A stretch of 32,000 nucleotides of DNA from Candidatus Saccharimonadota bacterium (lineage in GTDB: Bacteria > Patescibacteriota > Saccharimonadia > Saccharimonadales > UBA4665), in assembly GCA_963718045.1 (NCBI GenBank), contig OY970350.1:90001-122000 (forward strand). The letters are read 5' to 3'. A program made the position numbers and the translations under genes. The notes under the pieces are model-generated. The model saw only the letters and a list, made by a program, of their open reading frames with translations. It did not search any database and was not told where the DNA came from. Each line of letters starts with the position of its first letter. Position 1 is the stretch's first letter. Below are positions 1 to 9,592 of this stretch, piece after piece.

Positions 1-1652
1 TAGTTAAAGATAAATATATAAACAATGAACAGTTAACAAAATATATAGCCCATGCTAACAATCTGCCATACGTAAACCTAAAAGATGCTTATGTCGAACC
101 GTCTTCATTAGAGCTTTTGCCTAAAGACGTAGCTGAACATTATATGGCTGTTACTTTAGGCGAAATAGACAACAAGGTTATTGTTGCTATGCTTGATGCC
201 GATAACATCCAGGCAGTAGACTTCCTGCAAAACAAGATAGGCAGACCAATAAAGGTCTATGCTGCCAGCGAAGAGGGTATTAAGAACGTCCTTAAACAGT
301 ACAAAATTAAGATTGATGACACTGCCGATGTCCAATATTCCGGTCAAGGTGCTGAAATACTAGATAAAACCGAAGCCGAAACGGGCGGTAAAAATATCCA
401 AAGTGTAGTTCAGGAATCACCAATAACCAAGGCCTTAAATACCATCCTAGATTTTGCCGCTAATAACCGGGCTAGTGACATCCATATGGAACCAAGTGAA
501 ACTGAGCTTAAAATCCGCTGTCGGGTTGATGGTGTCTTAAGAGAAATAATGAAACTACCTAAAAATGTCGAACCAGCTATGGTTTCACGGGTAAAGATTC
601 TGTCTAACTTAAAGATTGATGAACACCGCATTCCCCAGGACGGTGATTTTTCGATAATTGTAGGTAAGAAAAAGATTGACCTTCGAATAGCTATTTCGCC
701 AGTTGTATGGGGCGAGCAAATCGTTATTAGATTGCTCGATAAAACCAGCACTGCCTTAGACCTAGAATCTATGGGCTATAAGGGTAGGACCCTCAGAGCT
801 GTTAGAAAAGGTATTACCGCAACTAGTGGAATGATATTGACCTCAGGTCCTACTGGTTCAGGTAAGACTACATCTATGTATGCTCTTCTACAAGAAGTAA
901 AGAGTGAAAGCGTCAACATTATTACTATGGAAGATCCGGTCGAATATAAAATTGAGGGGATTAACCAGATTCAGGTAAATCCTGAAGTCGGCCTAACATT
1001 TGCCACTGGTTTAAGATCTATACTCAGGCAGGATCCAGACATAATTATGGTCGGGGAGATAAGAGATAAAGAGACAGCGGAACTCGCTATCCAGGCGTCT
1101 TTAACCGGCCACTTAGTTTTTAGTACCCTCCATACTAATTCAGCTGCCGGAATATTACCCCGTCTTTTAGATATGGGTGTGGAGCCGTTCTTAATTGCAT
1201 CAACAATCCGGACAGTTCTCGGCCAGCGTCTGGTACGCAAAATTACTGACGAGCATAGCCAATATAAGTCAAGCGCTATTGAAACGGCTGCCATTAAAGA
1301 AGTAGTCAACGATATTCTACCGGCGGCTAATACAGACATTGAGGCGGTATTTAATGACCTTGGCTATAACAACTTGCCCTTACAAGGTCAAAATGGGTAT
1401 ACTTTAGCTAGAGGCGTTGATAGCCCCCGTTCTCCAGGTGGCTTTAGCGGCCGAGTAGGAATTTATGAAGCCTTCGAGGTTACGCCTACTATCCAGCAGT
1501 TAATCCTAGATAGAGCTACTGCAAATAAAATTAACGAAGTAGCTCAAAAAGAGGGAATGATATCAATGCGCGAAGATGGGTATCTGAAAGCATTAACAAT
1601 GCAGACAACAATCCAAGAAATCGATAGAGTTATATCCTCGGAAGAGTTATGA
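1..1652 (+). CDS. pilB: Type IV pilus assembly (extension) ATPase PilB/GspE family, 5'-partial
   Basis: The frame stays open to the window edge. Upstream of the TTG used by the ORF track it reads VKDKYINNEQLTKYIAHANNLPYVNLKD, which looks like a GspE N-terminal domain. Motifs present: Walker A GPTGSGKTT, IIMVGEIRD, and His box TGHLVFSTLHTN. No Cys pairs occur where many PilB proteins carry a Zn motif. It heads the pilB-pilT-pilC-pilin-pilD run. Confidence 0.9.
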   Translation, partial: VKDKYINNEQLTKYIAHANNLPYVNLKDAYVEPSSLELLPKDVAEHYMAVTLGEIDNKVIVAMLDADNIQAVDFLQNKIGRPIKVYAASEEGIKNVLKQYKIKIDDTADVQYSGQGAEILDKTEAETGGKNIQSVVQESPITKALNTILDFAANNRASDIHMEPSETELKIRCRVDGVLREIMKLPKNVEPAMVSRVKILSNLKIDEHRIPQDGDFSIIVGKKKIDLRIAISPVVWGEQIVIRLLDKTSTALDLESMGYKGRTLRAVRKGITATSGMILTSGPTGSGKTTSMYALLQEVKSESVNIITMEDPVEYKIEGINQIQVNPEVGLTFATGLRSILRQDPDIIMVGEIRDKETAELAIQASLTGHLVFSTLHTNSAAGILPRLLDMGVEPFLIASTIRTVLGQRLVRKITDEHSQYKSSAIETAAIKEVVNDILPAANTDIEAVFNDLGYNNLPLQGQNGYTLARGVDSPRSPGGFSGRVGIYEAFEVTPTIQQLILDRATANKINEVAQKEGMISMREDGYLKALTMQTTIQEIDRVISSEEL

Positions 1653-1686
1653 TGAAGACAAATAATGAAAAACTTAAAGGTGGGAT

Positions 1687-2754
1687 ATGGACAGTAAGCC
1701 ACGCATAGAGCCTCTACTTGAAGATGTAATAAAAAAGAAGGCCTCTGACCTTCATATTCAAGTAGGTCTGCCGCCGATGATTAGAATAGACAGTAATCTA
1801 TTCCCAGTTCCCGAAGCTGAGCCCTTAACTGAAGAGAATGTAGAGAGCTTACTCTTCTCCATACTCGATGATGAGCAAAAACAGATCTTAATTAAAGACA
1901 AAGAGTATGACTTTAGTTTTGCCTTTGGTGATTTAGGCAGATTCAGAGTAAATGCCTTCCACGAAAGAGGCAATCTGGCAGGCGCTTTCCGTTTAATACC
2001 TAATGCTATCCCAGCAATCGAAGCCCTTGGCTTACCTCCAGTAGTAAATAAATTTGCCGAGTTTCCAAGAGGACTAGTTTTAATCACTGGGCCAACAGGA
2101 TCAGGCAAATCAACGTCCCTGGCTTCAATAATTCAAAAGATAAACTTCGAACAGTCCAGACACATTATTACCATTGAAGATCCTATTGAATATACCCATG
2201 CTTCAAAGAAATCTATTATTGTCCAAAGGGAAGTTCACTATGATACTTACTCTTTTAGTGCAGCCCTTAGATCCGCTCTAAGAGAAGACCCAGACGTTGT
2301 ATTAATAGGTGAGATGCGTGATCTTGAAACTATTGCCAGTGCTATTACTATTGCCGAAACAGGACATCTAGTCCTTGCTACACTTCATACCAACTCAGCC
2401 AGCCAATCCATTGACAGAATGATTGACGTATTTCCGCCCCACCAGCAAGCTCAGATTAGAGCCCAGCTAGCTAACATTTTGATGGCTATTTGTTCCCAGC
2501 GTCTAATTCCAGTTATTGGTGGAGGCAGAATCGCGGCTGCCGAAATCCTAATTGCTAACCCAGCAGTCAGAAATATTATTAGGGAAGGTAAGAGTCACCA
2601 ACTAGAAGCAGTTATTCAGACAGGTGCGGAATTTGGTATGCAGTCTATGGACCATACCCTCGTTGGCTTAATTAAAGCCGGCACCATTAGCTACGATGAA
2701 GCTCGGAACTACGCTGTTGATCTGGATGAACTAGACAGGCTCATGAGAGACTAG
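1687..2754 (+). CDS. pilT: Twitching-motility (retraction) ATPase PilT
   Basis: 355 aa. Motifs: Walker A GPTGSGKST, IEDPIEY, VLIGEMRD, TGHLVLATLHTNSA, and the PilT-type AVRNIIREGKSHQ motif. Confidence 0.9.
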   Translation: MDSKPRIEPLLEDVIKKKASDLHIQVGLPPMIRIDSNLFPVPEAEPLTEENVESLLFSILDDEQKQILIKDKEYDFSFAFGDLGRFRVNAFHERGNLAGAFRLIPNAIPAIEALGLPPVVNKFAEFPRGLVLITGPTGSGKSTSLASIIQKINFEQSRHIITIEDPIEYTHASKKSIIVQREVHYDTYSFSAALRSALREDPDVVLIGEMRDLETIASAITIAETGHLVLATLHTNSASQSIDRMIDVFPPHQQAQIRAQLANILMAICSQRLIPVIGGGRIAAAEILIANPAVRNIIREGKSHQLEAVIQTGAEFGMQSMDHTLVGLIKAGTISYDEARNYAVDLDELDRLMRD

Positions 2755-2755
2755 C

Positions 2756-3985
2756 ATGCCAACTTATAGCTATTCGGCTAAAAACCCATCGATAGACAAG
2801 GTAATAAAGTCAAGTGTTGAAGCGGCATCTGAAAAAGAAGCTGCAAAGAGTATTAGAACAGAAGGTCTGGTACCAATAGATATTAAGGTTGAGCGAGTCT
2901 CTATCAGTGGCATAGGCGGTAGACTACATCGTATAAAAGCTAAAGACAAGGTTCTTTTCTTCAGGCAACTAGCAACACTTATTAATGCTGGTTTACCTCT
3001 TTCACAGAGCCTGCGTAATGTTGCCGAGCAAACAAAAAATAAAAACCTAAAAGCTATGATAAATAGCATCAACTCGGATATAGAAGGTGGTAAGTCGCTT
3101 TCTAATTCATTAAGTAAGTACCCAAATGTTTTCAATAGGGTTGTTGTTAACCTAGTAGCCGCTGGCGAAACTTCGGGAACATTGGATCAAGCATTAGTGA
3201 GGATTGCTGACCAGTTGGAAAAAGATGCCGATATTACAAGCAAGATCCGCGGAGCAATGGTATATCCGATTGTAATAGTTTTTGTAATGCTAGCTGTAAT
3301 TGTCTTCATGATGGTGAAGGTTGTTCCTCAAATCCAGCTACTTTATACCAGTTTCCCCGGGACAACTCTACCTATTGAAACCAGAGTTCTGCTTGCAGTC
3401 TCACATTTCATAACCAACTATTGGTGGGTAGTAGCTATAGTCGTAATTGGTGGTGGTTTTATACTTTTCCGATGGTTCAAAACAGAATCGGGTACAAAAG
3501 TACTTGATAGTCTGAAAATCAATACACCACCATTTAAATCTCTTTTCAGAATGATCTATATGGCTAGATTTAGCCGAACAGCGGCAACACTTATAGGAGC
3601 TGGCGTACCTCTACTAAATGTGCTTCAAATTACTTCTGAAAATGTTGCTAATTATCAAGTTCGTCAATCTATAAATAAGGCGGCAGAGAAGGTAAAAGGC
3701 GGCAAATCCCTGGGTGACAGTTTGACCGGAGATCCTAACTTCTTGCCACTTGTACCAAGTATGATTAGTATCGGCGAAAGTTCCGGATCAGTTGAGGCCA
3801 TGCTGAATAAATCAGCTGATTATTACGAAAAAGAGGTCGATAACATCGTTGCCAGTATTTCGACCATAATCGAACCTATCATGATGGTTCTGCTCGGGAT
3901 AGTAGCCATGGTCATTGTAGCCGCAATATTACTGCCCATATATGGTCTGGCTGGTTCGGGAGCTATCTCTACTGCTGGTCAGTAG
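2756..3985 (+). CDS. pilC: Type IV pilus platform protein PilC (GspF family)
   Basis: 409 aa. It has two GspF-like repeats (LATLINAGLPLSQSL and LIGAGVPLLNVL) and three hydrophobic segments. It starts 1 nt after the pilT stop. Confidence 0.9.
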   Translation: MPTYSYSAKNPSIDKVIKSSVEAASEKEAAKSIRTEGLVPIDIKVERVSISGIGGRLHRIKAKDKVLFFRQLATLINAGLPLSQSLRNVAEQTKNKNLKAMINSINSDIEGGKSLSNSLSKYPNVFNRVVVNLVAAGETSGTLDQALVRIADQLEKDADITSKIRGAMVYPIVIVFVMLAVIVFMMVKVVPQIQLLYTSFPGTTLPIETRVLLAVSHFITNYWWVVAIVVIGGGFILFRWFKTESGTKVLDSLKINTPPFKSLFRMIYMARFSRTAATLIGAGVPLLNVLQITSENVANYQVRQSINKAAEKVKGGKSLGDSLTGDPNFLPLVPSMISIGESSGSVEAMLNKSADYYEKEVDNIVASISTIIEPIMMVLLGIVAMVIVAAILLPIYGLAGSGAISTAGQ

Positions 3986-4001
3986 GTCTGTGGATAAATT
4001 A

Positions 4002-4030
4002 TTGCTATTATTAGACATAAACAGTAAGAT
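4002..4030 (+). promoter_or_regulatory. Candidate sigma70-type promoter for the pilin gene
   Basis: TTGCTA (4002-4007), a 17-nt spacer, then TAAGAT (4025-4030), about 48 nt upstream of the pilin ATG. The SD AAGGGGG lies before the ATG. Confidence 0.3.
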
Positions 4031-4077
4031 TTAATCATAAGCGAAATGCTAACAGATGCTAAGGGGGCATTTGCCAG

Positions 4078-4617
4078 ATGTACACAAAACTTAAAAAGAT
4101 AAACGAAGGTTTTACAATCGTAGAAACCTTGATCGTGCTAGCAATCGCAGCATTGATCTTAATTATAGTATTGATTGCTGTTCCGGATCTACAAAGGTCA
4201 GGAAAGAATACTAATACTACTACGGATGCTAATAACATTGCCACAACAGTTCAAAGTTTTGAGGGCAATAATGATGGAGCAATACCTACCGCCATTAGTC
4301 AACCGGCTACTGACGGCACCATTACAGTAAGTACCGGAACGGTAGCTGCTCCAACTGGTGCAGTTGCTACTGGTCACATTCAGGCCAGCGAGGCAATTTC
4401 ACCTCAATCAGGGGCATATCCTTTTGCCGCTGCATCACCTTCTACTGACGGCACAATAGTAGTTGATTTCAGTGCAAGTTGTACCTTAGCAACTGCTGGC
4501 CAAACTTTTCCAACAGGGGCAACCGGCACGACGACAGTCGATAGTAGAGGCGTAGCTATCCTTTATGAGATAGAGACAAGCTCTACCAAAGCCGACTGGT
4601 ACTGTGTCCAAGAATAA
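4078..4617 (+). CDS. Type IV pilin / pseudopilin with class III signal peptide
   Basis: The N-terminus MYTKLKKINEG|FTIVETLIVLAIAALILIIVL has the prepilin cleavage/methylation motif (G-1, F+1, E+5) followed by a hydrophobic helix. The C-terminal domain is Thr/Ala/Gly-rich and has two Cys residues. Confidence 0.85.
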   Translation: MYTKLKKINEGFTIVETLIVLAIAALILIIVLIAVPDLQRSGKNTNTTTDANNIATTVQSFEGNNDGAIPTAISQPATDGTITVSTGTVAAPTGAVATGHIQASEAISPQSGAYPFAAASPSTDGTIVVDFSASCTLATAGQTFPTGATGTTTVDSRGVAILYEIETSSTKADWYCVQE

Positions 4618-4652
4618 ACAGTATAATTAGAACAAAACTGTTAATTTAGCAA

Positions 4653-4698
4653 AAGCAACTGCTGCTTAGGAAATAGTCGCAGTTGCTTAATTATTATT
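4653..4698 (+). terminator. Hairpin downstream of the pilin gene (weak intrinsic terminator candidate)
   Basis: A 10-bp perfect stem, AAGCAACTGC (4653-4662) with GCAGTTGCTT (4679-4688), encloses a 16-nt loop. It is followed by the A/T-rich AATTATTATT. The U tract is poor. Confidence 0.35.
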
Positions 4699-4719
4699 AG
4701 CCTATAATAGAGATATTGT

Positions 4720-5538
4720 ATGGAAATAGACATAATCCTGATATTAATTGGTTTGGCTATGGGGAGTTTTATTAATGCCTTTGTTTGGCGTCTTTATATG
4801 CGCTCTAAATCTAAAGCTTCCAAGTATTCAATACTGACCGGAAGGTCGATGTGTCCGAACTGCAAGCATGAACTTAAAGCTATAGATCTTATACCGGTTT
4901 TAAGCTGGCTTATGCTTAAAGGTAAGTGCCGTTACTGCCACAGGCGTATTTCTGTCCAATACCCGCTAGTAGAGATCGTAACAACTCTTCTTTTTATTCT
5001 TTCTTATATATATTGGCCGTACACATTTAACTCTAAGGGAGTCTTTTACTTCGTCATCTGGTTAATAATACTAATTAACCTAATAGCCCTTGCTGTCTAT
5101 GACATTAGATGGCTGACTCTTCCCAATAAAATTATCTATTTATTATACGGGCTGGTTCTGGCCCAAATACTAGCTACCTTAATATTCTTTAATGGAGACT
5201 TGCATTACGTTATTAACTCAGCTATCGGCTTTTTAATAGGCGGAGGTGTGTTTTACATACTCTTCCAGGTATCTAAGGGAAAGTGGATCGGAGGAGGGGA
5301 CGTAAAACTTGGTGCTGTGCTTGGGCTTTATTTAGGTAGCGCACTAGACGCAGTGCTAATGATCTTCTTTGCCTCGGTGATCGGAAGCCTTCTATCAATT
5401 CCTTTCCTAGCCACAGGCAAGTTAAACAGAAAGACTCTAATACCTTACGGCCCATTCCTAATATTAGCGGCAATAATACTACGGCTATTTGGTAGTAGCA
5501 TTAGTTCCTGGCTCAATACTAAAGGTATCTATCTTTAA
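4720..5538 (+). CDS. pilD: Prepilin peptidase / N-methyltransferase PilD (peptidase A24)
   Basis: 272 aa and polytopic. It has N-terminal CPNC...CRYC Zn-finger pairs and the A24 aspartate context GGGDVKLG. Confidence 0.9.
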   Translation: MEIDIILILIGLAMGSFINAFVWRLYMRSKSKASKYSILTGRSMCPNCKHELKAIDLIPVLSWLMLKGKCRYCHRRISVQYPLVEIVTTLLFILSYIYWPYTFNSKGVFYFVIWLIILINLIALAVYDIRWLTLPNKIIYLLYGLVLAQILATLIFFNGDLHYVINSAIGFLIGGGVFYILFQVSKGKWIGGGDVKLGAVLGLYLGSALDAVLMIFFASVIGSLLSIPFLATGKLNRKTLIPYGPFLILAAIILRLFGSSISSWLNTKGIYL

Positions 5539-5540
5539 AG

Positions 5541-6470
5541 TTACTCTAACACCTTATTGGTATGGAACTTTTCGTGTACAGCTTTAAGATGAGGATCAGT
5601 AATATGGGTATATATTTGGGTAGTGGCAATATTACTGTGACCAAGCATAGCTTGAACGGCTCTAATGTCGCTGCCATTCATTAGTAAATCCGTTGCAAAT
5701 GAATGTCTAAGAGTATGAACGCTAACATGCTTTGTAATACCGGCCAGTCTTGCATATCTGGAAACTAGTCTTTGAACACTTCTAACAGTTAGCCTAAGAT
5801 AATTACCACTTAGATCTACTTTCTTACTACCGCTATATCTTATGAATAAGGCCTTAGAGGCATCTTTACGGTTATCCAAATACCTTGTTATCCAATCAGC
5901 TGCACTTTGACTAATAAATATCGGACGGTCTTTTTGTCCTTTGCCCCTAACCATAAATTCTCGGCGAGTAAGATTGATACTGTCCCGATTTAAACTCACC
6001 AGCTCGCTAACACGCAACCCTGAACTAAAAAGGAGCTCAAGAATTGCTCGATCTCTAAGCCCAACGTCAGTTTTTGTGTTCGTTTGGCTAAACAGCCTTC
6101 CTAACTCTTCTTCATTAAGAAAGGTAACTTGCGGTCTTTTTGTTCGGGCTAGCTCTATTTTATCCGGGCTTAAACTAGCTATGTCCCGTTTAGCACAGTA
6201 CTTAAGAAAGCTTCTTAAGGCAATTAAATGATAATTCTGGGTAGTCTTACTTAATTCATTAGAGCTATTAGTAGCTAGTCTGTTCAGCCAAAGCCGCCAT
6301 TTCCTAACAAGCTCCGGGTCTATGTCTGAGACGTTTATTTCACCTGAGAAGTCTTCAAGGCGGGTGAGGTAGTGGTCATAATTTTCAATGGTTTTTTGAG
6401 AGCGGTTTTGTTCAATCTCTAAATATTCTAAAAAGTCTGTTTTTATTTTGTTAAAATTCTTTTCAGCCAT
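5541..6470 (-). CDS. Tyrosine site-specific recombinase, XerC/XerD-like
   Basis: 309 aa. The N-terminal SAM-like core-binding domain reads FLEYLEIEQNRSQKTIENY. The catalytic region contains GLRVSEL and HTLRHSFATDLL...GHSNIATTQIYTH (R..HxxR..Y). Confidence 0.85.
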   Translation of the reverse strand: MAEKNFNKIKTDFLEYLEIEQNRSQKTIENYDHYLTRLEDFSGEINVSDIDPELVRKWRLWLNRLATNSSNELSKTTQNYHLIALRSFLKYCAKRDIASLSPDKIELARTKRPQVTFLNEEELGRLFSQTNTKTDVGLRDRAILELLFSSGLRVSELVSLNRDSINLTRREFMVRGKGQKDRPIFISQSAADWITRYLDNRKDASKALFIRYSGSKKVDLSGNYLRLTVRSVQRLVSRYARLAGITKHVSVHTLRHSFATDLLMNGSDIRAVQAMLGHSNIATTQIYTHITDPHLKAVHEKFHTNKVLE

Positions 6471-6528
6471 AACTAATATTGTACGACATTACGTTAAAGC
6501 TTATCAATATGCTTATAAGCCTAATTTT

Positions 6529-6537
6529 TGTTACAAT
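6529..6537 (+). promoter_or_regulatory. Extended -10 promoter candidate for ndk
   Basis: TGtTACAAT lies about 24 nt upstream of the ndk ATG. The SD AAAGGAAAAG follows it. Confidence 0.35.
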
Positions 6538-6560
6538 TAAGTAACTAAAAAGGAAAAGAT

Positions 6561-7073
6561 ATGGAACGAACACTAGTAATCCTGAAACCCGACGCGATAC
6601 AAAGAGGAATAATAGGAGAGATAATTACTCGTTTTGAAAGAGTAGGACTTAAAATTGTCGCCTCCAAAGTAGTAAGCCCAAGCGAAGAGCATTACTATCA
6701 TCATTACGAAACAATAGGTAAGATGATTTCCCGCCGCGGCCAAGAAGCTTTTGATGTCACCATTAAATATATGCAAACAGGACCGGTCATGGCTATGGTG
6801 CTGGAAGGCATAGAAGCGGTCTCTTTAGTCCGTAAACTTGTTGGTACGACTGAACCTAAGGCCGCCGAGCCGGGGACTATCCGGGGAGATTTCTCACATA
6901 TAAGCTTTGAATATGCCAATAGCAAAAAGGTGTCTATTCCTAACCTGATTCATGCTTCAGATGGCGCCAGCGAAGCCAAACAAGAGATAGCCCACTGGTT
7001 TAAAGACGATGAAATTTTCGAATATGAGTCAGTTCATGATAAATTTACTCTAGTAAGCGGATCAGATAAGTAG
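6561..7073 (+). CDS. ndk: Nucleoside diphosphate kinase
   Basis: MERTLVILKPDAIQRG, the active-site context NLIHASDG, and EIAHWF are present. At 170 aa it is slightly longer than typical Ndk. Confidence 0.9.
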   Translation: MERTLVILKPDAIQRGIIGEIITRFERVGLKIVASKVVSPSEEHYYHHYETIGKMISRRGQEAFDVTIKYMQTGPVMAMVLEGIEAVSLVRKLVGTTEPKAAEPGTIRGDFSHISFEYANSKKVSIPNLIHASDGASEAKQEIAHWFKDDEIFEYESVHDKFTLVSGSDK

Positions 7074-7080
7074 TCTTTAA

Positions 7081-7155
7081 GCCCCCATAGTTCAATGGAT
7101 AAAATAGCTCCGTCCTAAGGAGAAGCTGTAGGTTCGAATCCTGCTGGGGGCACCA
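7081..7155 (+). tRNA. tRNA-Arg(CCU), CCA encoded
   Basis: Hand-folded cloverleaf. Acceptor GCCCCCA/TGGGGGC. Anticodon stem CTCC/GGAG with loop gtCCTaa. T-arm GTAGG-TTCGAAT-CCTGC. The 3' end is A-CCA. Confidence 0.9.
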
Positions 7156-7175
7156 GTTTCTGCTAAAATACTCTT

Positions 7176-7748
7176 ATGGCTAAAAACATCAAAGAACACC
7201 ATAAATACTTTGCCGATCAGTACGATGATGAAGAGGTTCTCTATGTTTTCCATAAACACCCGATAGTTATGCGTAAGGGGCTTGTTTTTGGTATGTTTGG
7301 CCCCTTATTAGGTGTTTTACCGGTAGCAATTAAGCCACTACTTGGCTTTAGCTATTTCTTTGGCGGACTGGGCATTGGCTTAGTCCTTGGCCTAATAATA
7401 TTCTTTCCGTCCTGGCTGGGGTGGTACTTTAGTGTCTTTATAGTAACCGATCAGAGGTTCATCCAGATAACCCAGAAAGGTTTTTTTCACCGCTCAGTTG
7501 CCGATCTATCCTTAGCTCAAATACAGTCTGTTAACTATTCAATCAACGGGCTTCAGGAAACACTGCTTGGATATGGTACGATAAATATGCAGACTTATGT
7601 TGGTGAACTAAATATTAAAGATGTCCACCACCCAGCTAGAGTCCAGAAGAAAATATTGAGTATTTTACGTAAAGAGGGGATAGACAGTAGTGAATACCCT
7701 ATTAACCGGTTAGTAGAGGATGAAGAAAAAGAAATTAAAGAAGTTTAA
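7176..7748 (+). CDS. Membrane protein with bacterial PH-like (YdbS/YdbT-type) C-terminal domain
   Basis: 190 aa with two central hydrophobic helices. These are followed by FIVTDQRFIQITQKGFFHRSVADLSLAQIQSV...GYGTINMQT, which resembles the bPH_2 pattern. The assignment is by motif memory only. Confidence 0.45.
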   Translation: MAKNIKEHHKYFADQYDDEEVLYVFHKHPIVMRKGLVFGMFGPLLGVLPVAIKPLLGFSYFFGGLGIGLVLGLIIFFPSWLGWYFSVFIVTDQRFIQITQKGFFHRSVADLSLAQIQSVNYSINGLQETLLGYGTINMQTYVGELNIKDVHHPARVQKKILSILRKEGIDSSEYPINRLVEDEEKEIKEV

Positions 7749-8817
7749 GAGCCCTAGGCTTAAGAAGGCAATAGCTAGACTACCTTCTACTAAAAGCATA
7801 AAACCCGAAGATAAACTAAAAGGGGCCTTATCTGAAGTTGCCAAGATAACGGAAGATACTCTGCCGGAACACCGTGAGAAGGTACTGGGCAGTGCCCGAA
7901 AGTTCATTTATCCCCTGAAACAATCCAGGCACCGCTTTGTGAGGTTGTCACTTGCTATCTTATCCCTAGCCGTATTCTTGTTCTTAGCCTATACAATAAT
8001 AGAGATATATGTCTTCCAGTCGACCTCTGATTTTGTCTATAGCGTATCTGAAGTATTACCATTTCCTGTAGCTAAAGCAGGACCGAGCTGGGTGTCATAT
8101 TATAGCTACTTGTTTGAACTCAGACGTAACATGCACTATTACCAAACACAGCAGCAGGCAAACTTTTCAACAGCAAGCGGTAAGCTCCAGTTAACCAGCT
8201 TGAAGAAACAGGCCATGAATCAGGTTACTGAAGATGCCTACGTAAAACAATTGGCCAGCAAATATAACGTCCAGGTAACTAGTAGCCAAGTAAACAATGA
8301 GATAACCCTGGTTAAAGAAGAGAACAGACTAGGCAATAGCAACCAGGTACTGGAAAGTGTCCTAAGAGGCTACTGGGGCTGGACAATCAATGACTTCAAG
8401 AAAGAATTATCCCAGGAACTCCTCCAGCAAGCAGTTGTCGCTAAGCTAGATACGGCAACAGATGAAGAAGCATCGAGTATCGAAAACCAACTAAAAAGCG
8501 GTGCGAACTTTGCCACTGAAGCCCAGCAGTATTCAGATGACACCTCAACAAAATCTAATAGCGGCCAATATCCATTTACCATAACACCCGACACTCAGTC
8601 TCTTGCTCCGCAAATTACAGCTGAGGTATTTGCCCTAAAACCGGGCGAGATATCACCCCTAATTAACACTGGTTATTCATTAGACATAGTTAAACTAATC
8701 TCTCTAAGCGGCACATCCGCCCAAGCAGCTCATATCCAGTTTAATTTCCAGCCGATCACTACTTATACAGATCCACTAGAAAAAGCTAACCCACCTAAAG
8801 AATATATTAGTCTCTAA
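7720..8817 (+). CDS. Membrane-anchored parvulin/PpiC-type peptidyl-prolyl isomerase-like chaperone (PrsA/SurA-like)
   Basis: It has a Lys-rich N-terminus and one TM segment (LSLAILSLAVFLFLAYTII). The C-terminal region LKSGANFATEAQQYSDDTSTKSNSGQYPF...VFALKPGEISPLINTGYSLDIVKL matches the rotamase domain pattern. It overlaps the upstream gene by 29 nt, so the start is uncertain. Confidence 0.55.
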   Translation: MKKKKLKKFKSPRLKKAIARLPSTKSIKPEDKLKGALSEVAKITEDTLPEHREKVLGSARKFIYPLKQSRHRFVRLSLAILSLAVFLFLAYTIIEIYVFQSTSDFVYSVSEVLPFPVAKAGPSWVSYYSYLFELRRNMHYYQTQQQANFSTASGKLQLTSLKKQAMNQVTEDAYVKQLASKYNVQVTSSQVNNEITLVKEENRLGNSNQVLESVLRGYWGWTINDFKKELSQELLQQAVVAKLDTATDEEASSIENQLKSGANFATEAQQYSDDTSTKSNSGQYPFTITPDTQSLAPQITAEVFALKPGEISPLINTGYSLDIVKLISLSGTSAQAAHIQFNFQPITTYTDPLEKANPPKEYISL

Positions 8818-8877
8818 TAGATTAACGTTTCCTTTCTTCTCTTAATTTGTTATGATTACCCCTGTCTATTTGGCCTT

Positions 8878-8954
8878 GGGCTCGTAGTGAAGAGGCCTAT
8901 CACGTCTCCCTGTCACGGAGAAGATCGCCGGTTCGAATCCGGTCGAGCCCGCCA
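8878..8954 (+). tRNA. tRNA-Asp(GUC), CCA encoded
   Basis: Acceptor GGGCTCG/CGAGCCC. D-arm GTGA...TCAC. Anticodon stem TCTCC/GGAGA with loop ctGTCac. T-arm GCCGG-TTCGAAT-CCGGT. Discriminator G followed by CCA. Confidence 0.9.
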
Positions 8955-8974
8955 TATAGACAAATACCACATTT

Positions 8975-9592
8975 GTGGTATCTTATATTTATCTAAACTT
9001 AAATAAAACAGGCCTTATAAAAATGACAGAAACACCTAAATTGCCACTATCCGAAACCCATCAACAGGCAAATATTCTGCTATCTTCTGTCGATATTGGT
9101 AATGTGCCTCAGTCTGCAAAGGAAGCGTTCTTTGTTTGTGCCAAGATAGACGAAGATACTGCACACCGTATCGGACTAGACTCTCTATCTGTTTTACGGC
9201 ATCCTAATGGAGATGCCTCATACATAGGAACGGTACCAGGAGAGTCTGATGACAATATCAGTGAAGAAGATACATTCGTAGCAGACACTGACCCTCAAGG
9301 TGCTGTAACAGGCATAGGTGAAATCCGATTCTTCAAAAGCTTCAACGGTATGCCTGGCATGGTAGGGCACCCATTTGTTGGCTATACACTAACGACTGGG
9401 CCCCGAAGACAAGGCCTTGGCACAAGACGTCTGCTCACAATGGATACCATCGCTCGTCAAAAATATGAAGAGCCCTTACGATCAGGTGCTCATGAAGAGC
9501 CTGAGGCTCAAGCACTGTGGGAGAGGCTGGTGAGCGAAGGGCGTGCTGTTAGACTGCCAGCCGAGGCGGATTTTCGTTATATCTTTCTCTAA
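8975..9592 (+). CDS. Hypothetical protein with GNAT-like acetyl-CoA motif
   Basis: The region FVGYTLTTGPRRQGLGTRRLLTMDTIARQ resembles GNAT motif A (R/Q-x-x-G-x-G/A). The ORF track starts at GTG 8975. ATG 9023 (MTETPKL) is an equally plausible start. The gene looks GC-richer than its neighbours by eye. Confidence 0.45.
   Translation: MVSYIYLNLNKTGLIKMTETPKLPLSETHQQANILLSSVDIGNVPQSAKEAFFVCAKIDEDTAHRIGLDSLSVLRHPNGDASYIGTVPGESDDNISEEDTFVADTDPQGAVTGIGEIRFFKSFNGMPGMVGHPFVGYTLTTGPRRQGLGTRRLLTMDTIARQKYEEPLRSGAHEEPEAQALWERLVSEGRAVRLPAEADFRYIFL

Noticed and set aside
3988-3996. Perfect DnaA box TGTGGATAA downstream of pilC, and the idea that the AT-rich 23417-23961 spacer or the gyrB upstream region is oriC
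   Set aside because: There is only one perfect box. The AT-rich spacer has at best single-mismatch boxes such as TGTGCATAA at about 23654. No dnaA or dnaN is adjacent. This is insufficient for an origin call.
5541-7155. Recombinase plus nearby tRNA-Arg as an integrative element boundary
   Set aside because: The recombinase looks like a chromosomal XerC/D type and is separated from the tRNA by ndk. No direct repeat of the tRNA 3' end and no cargo genes are visible.
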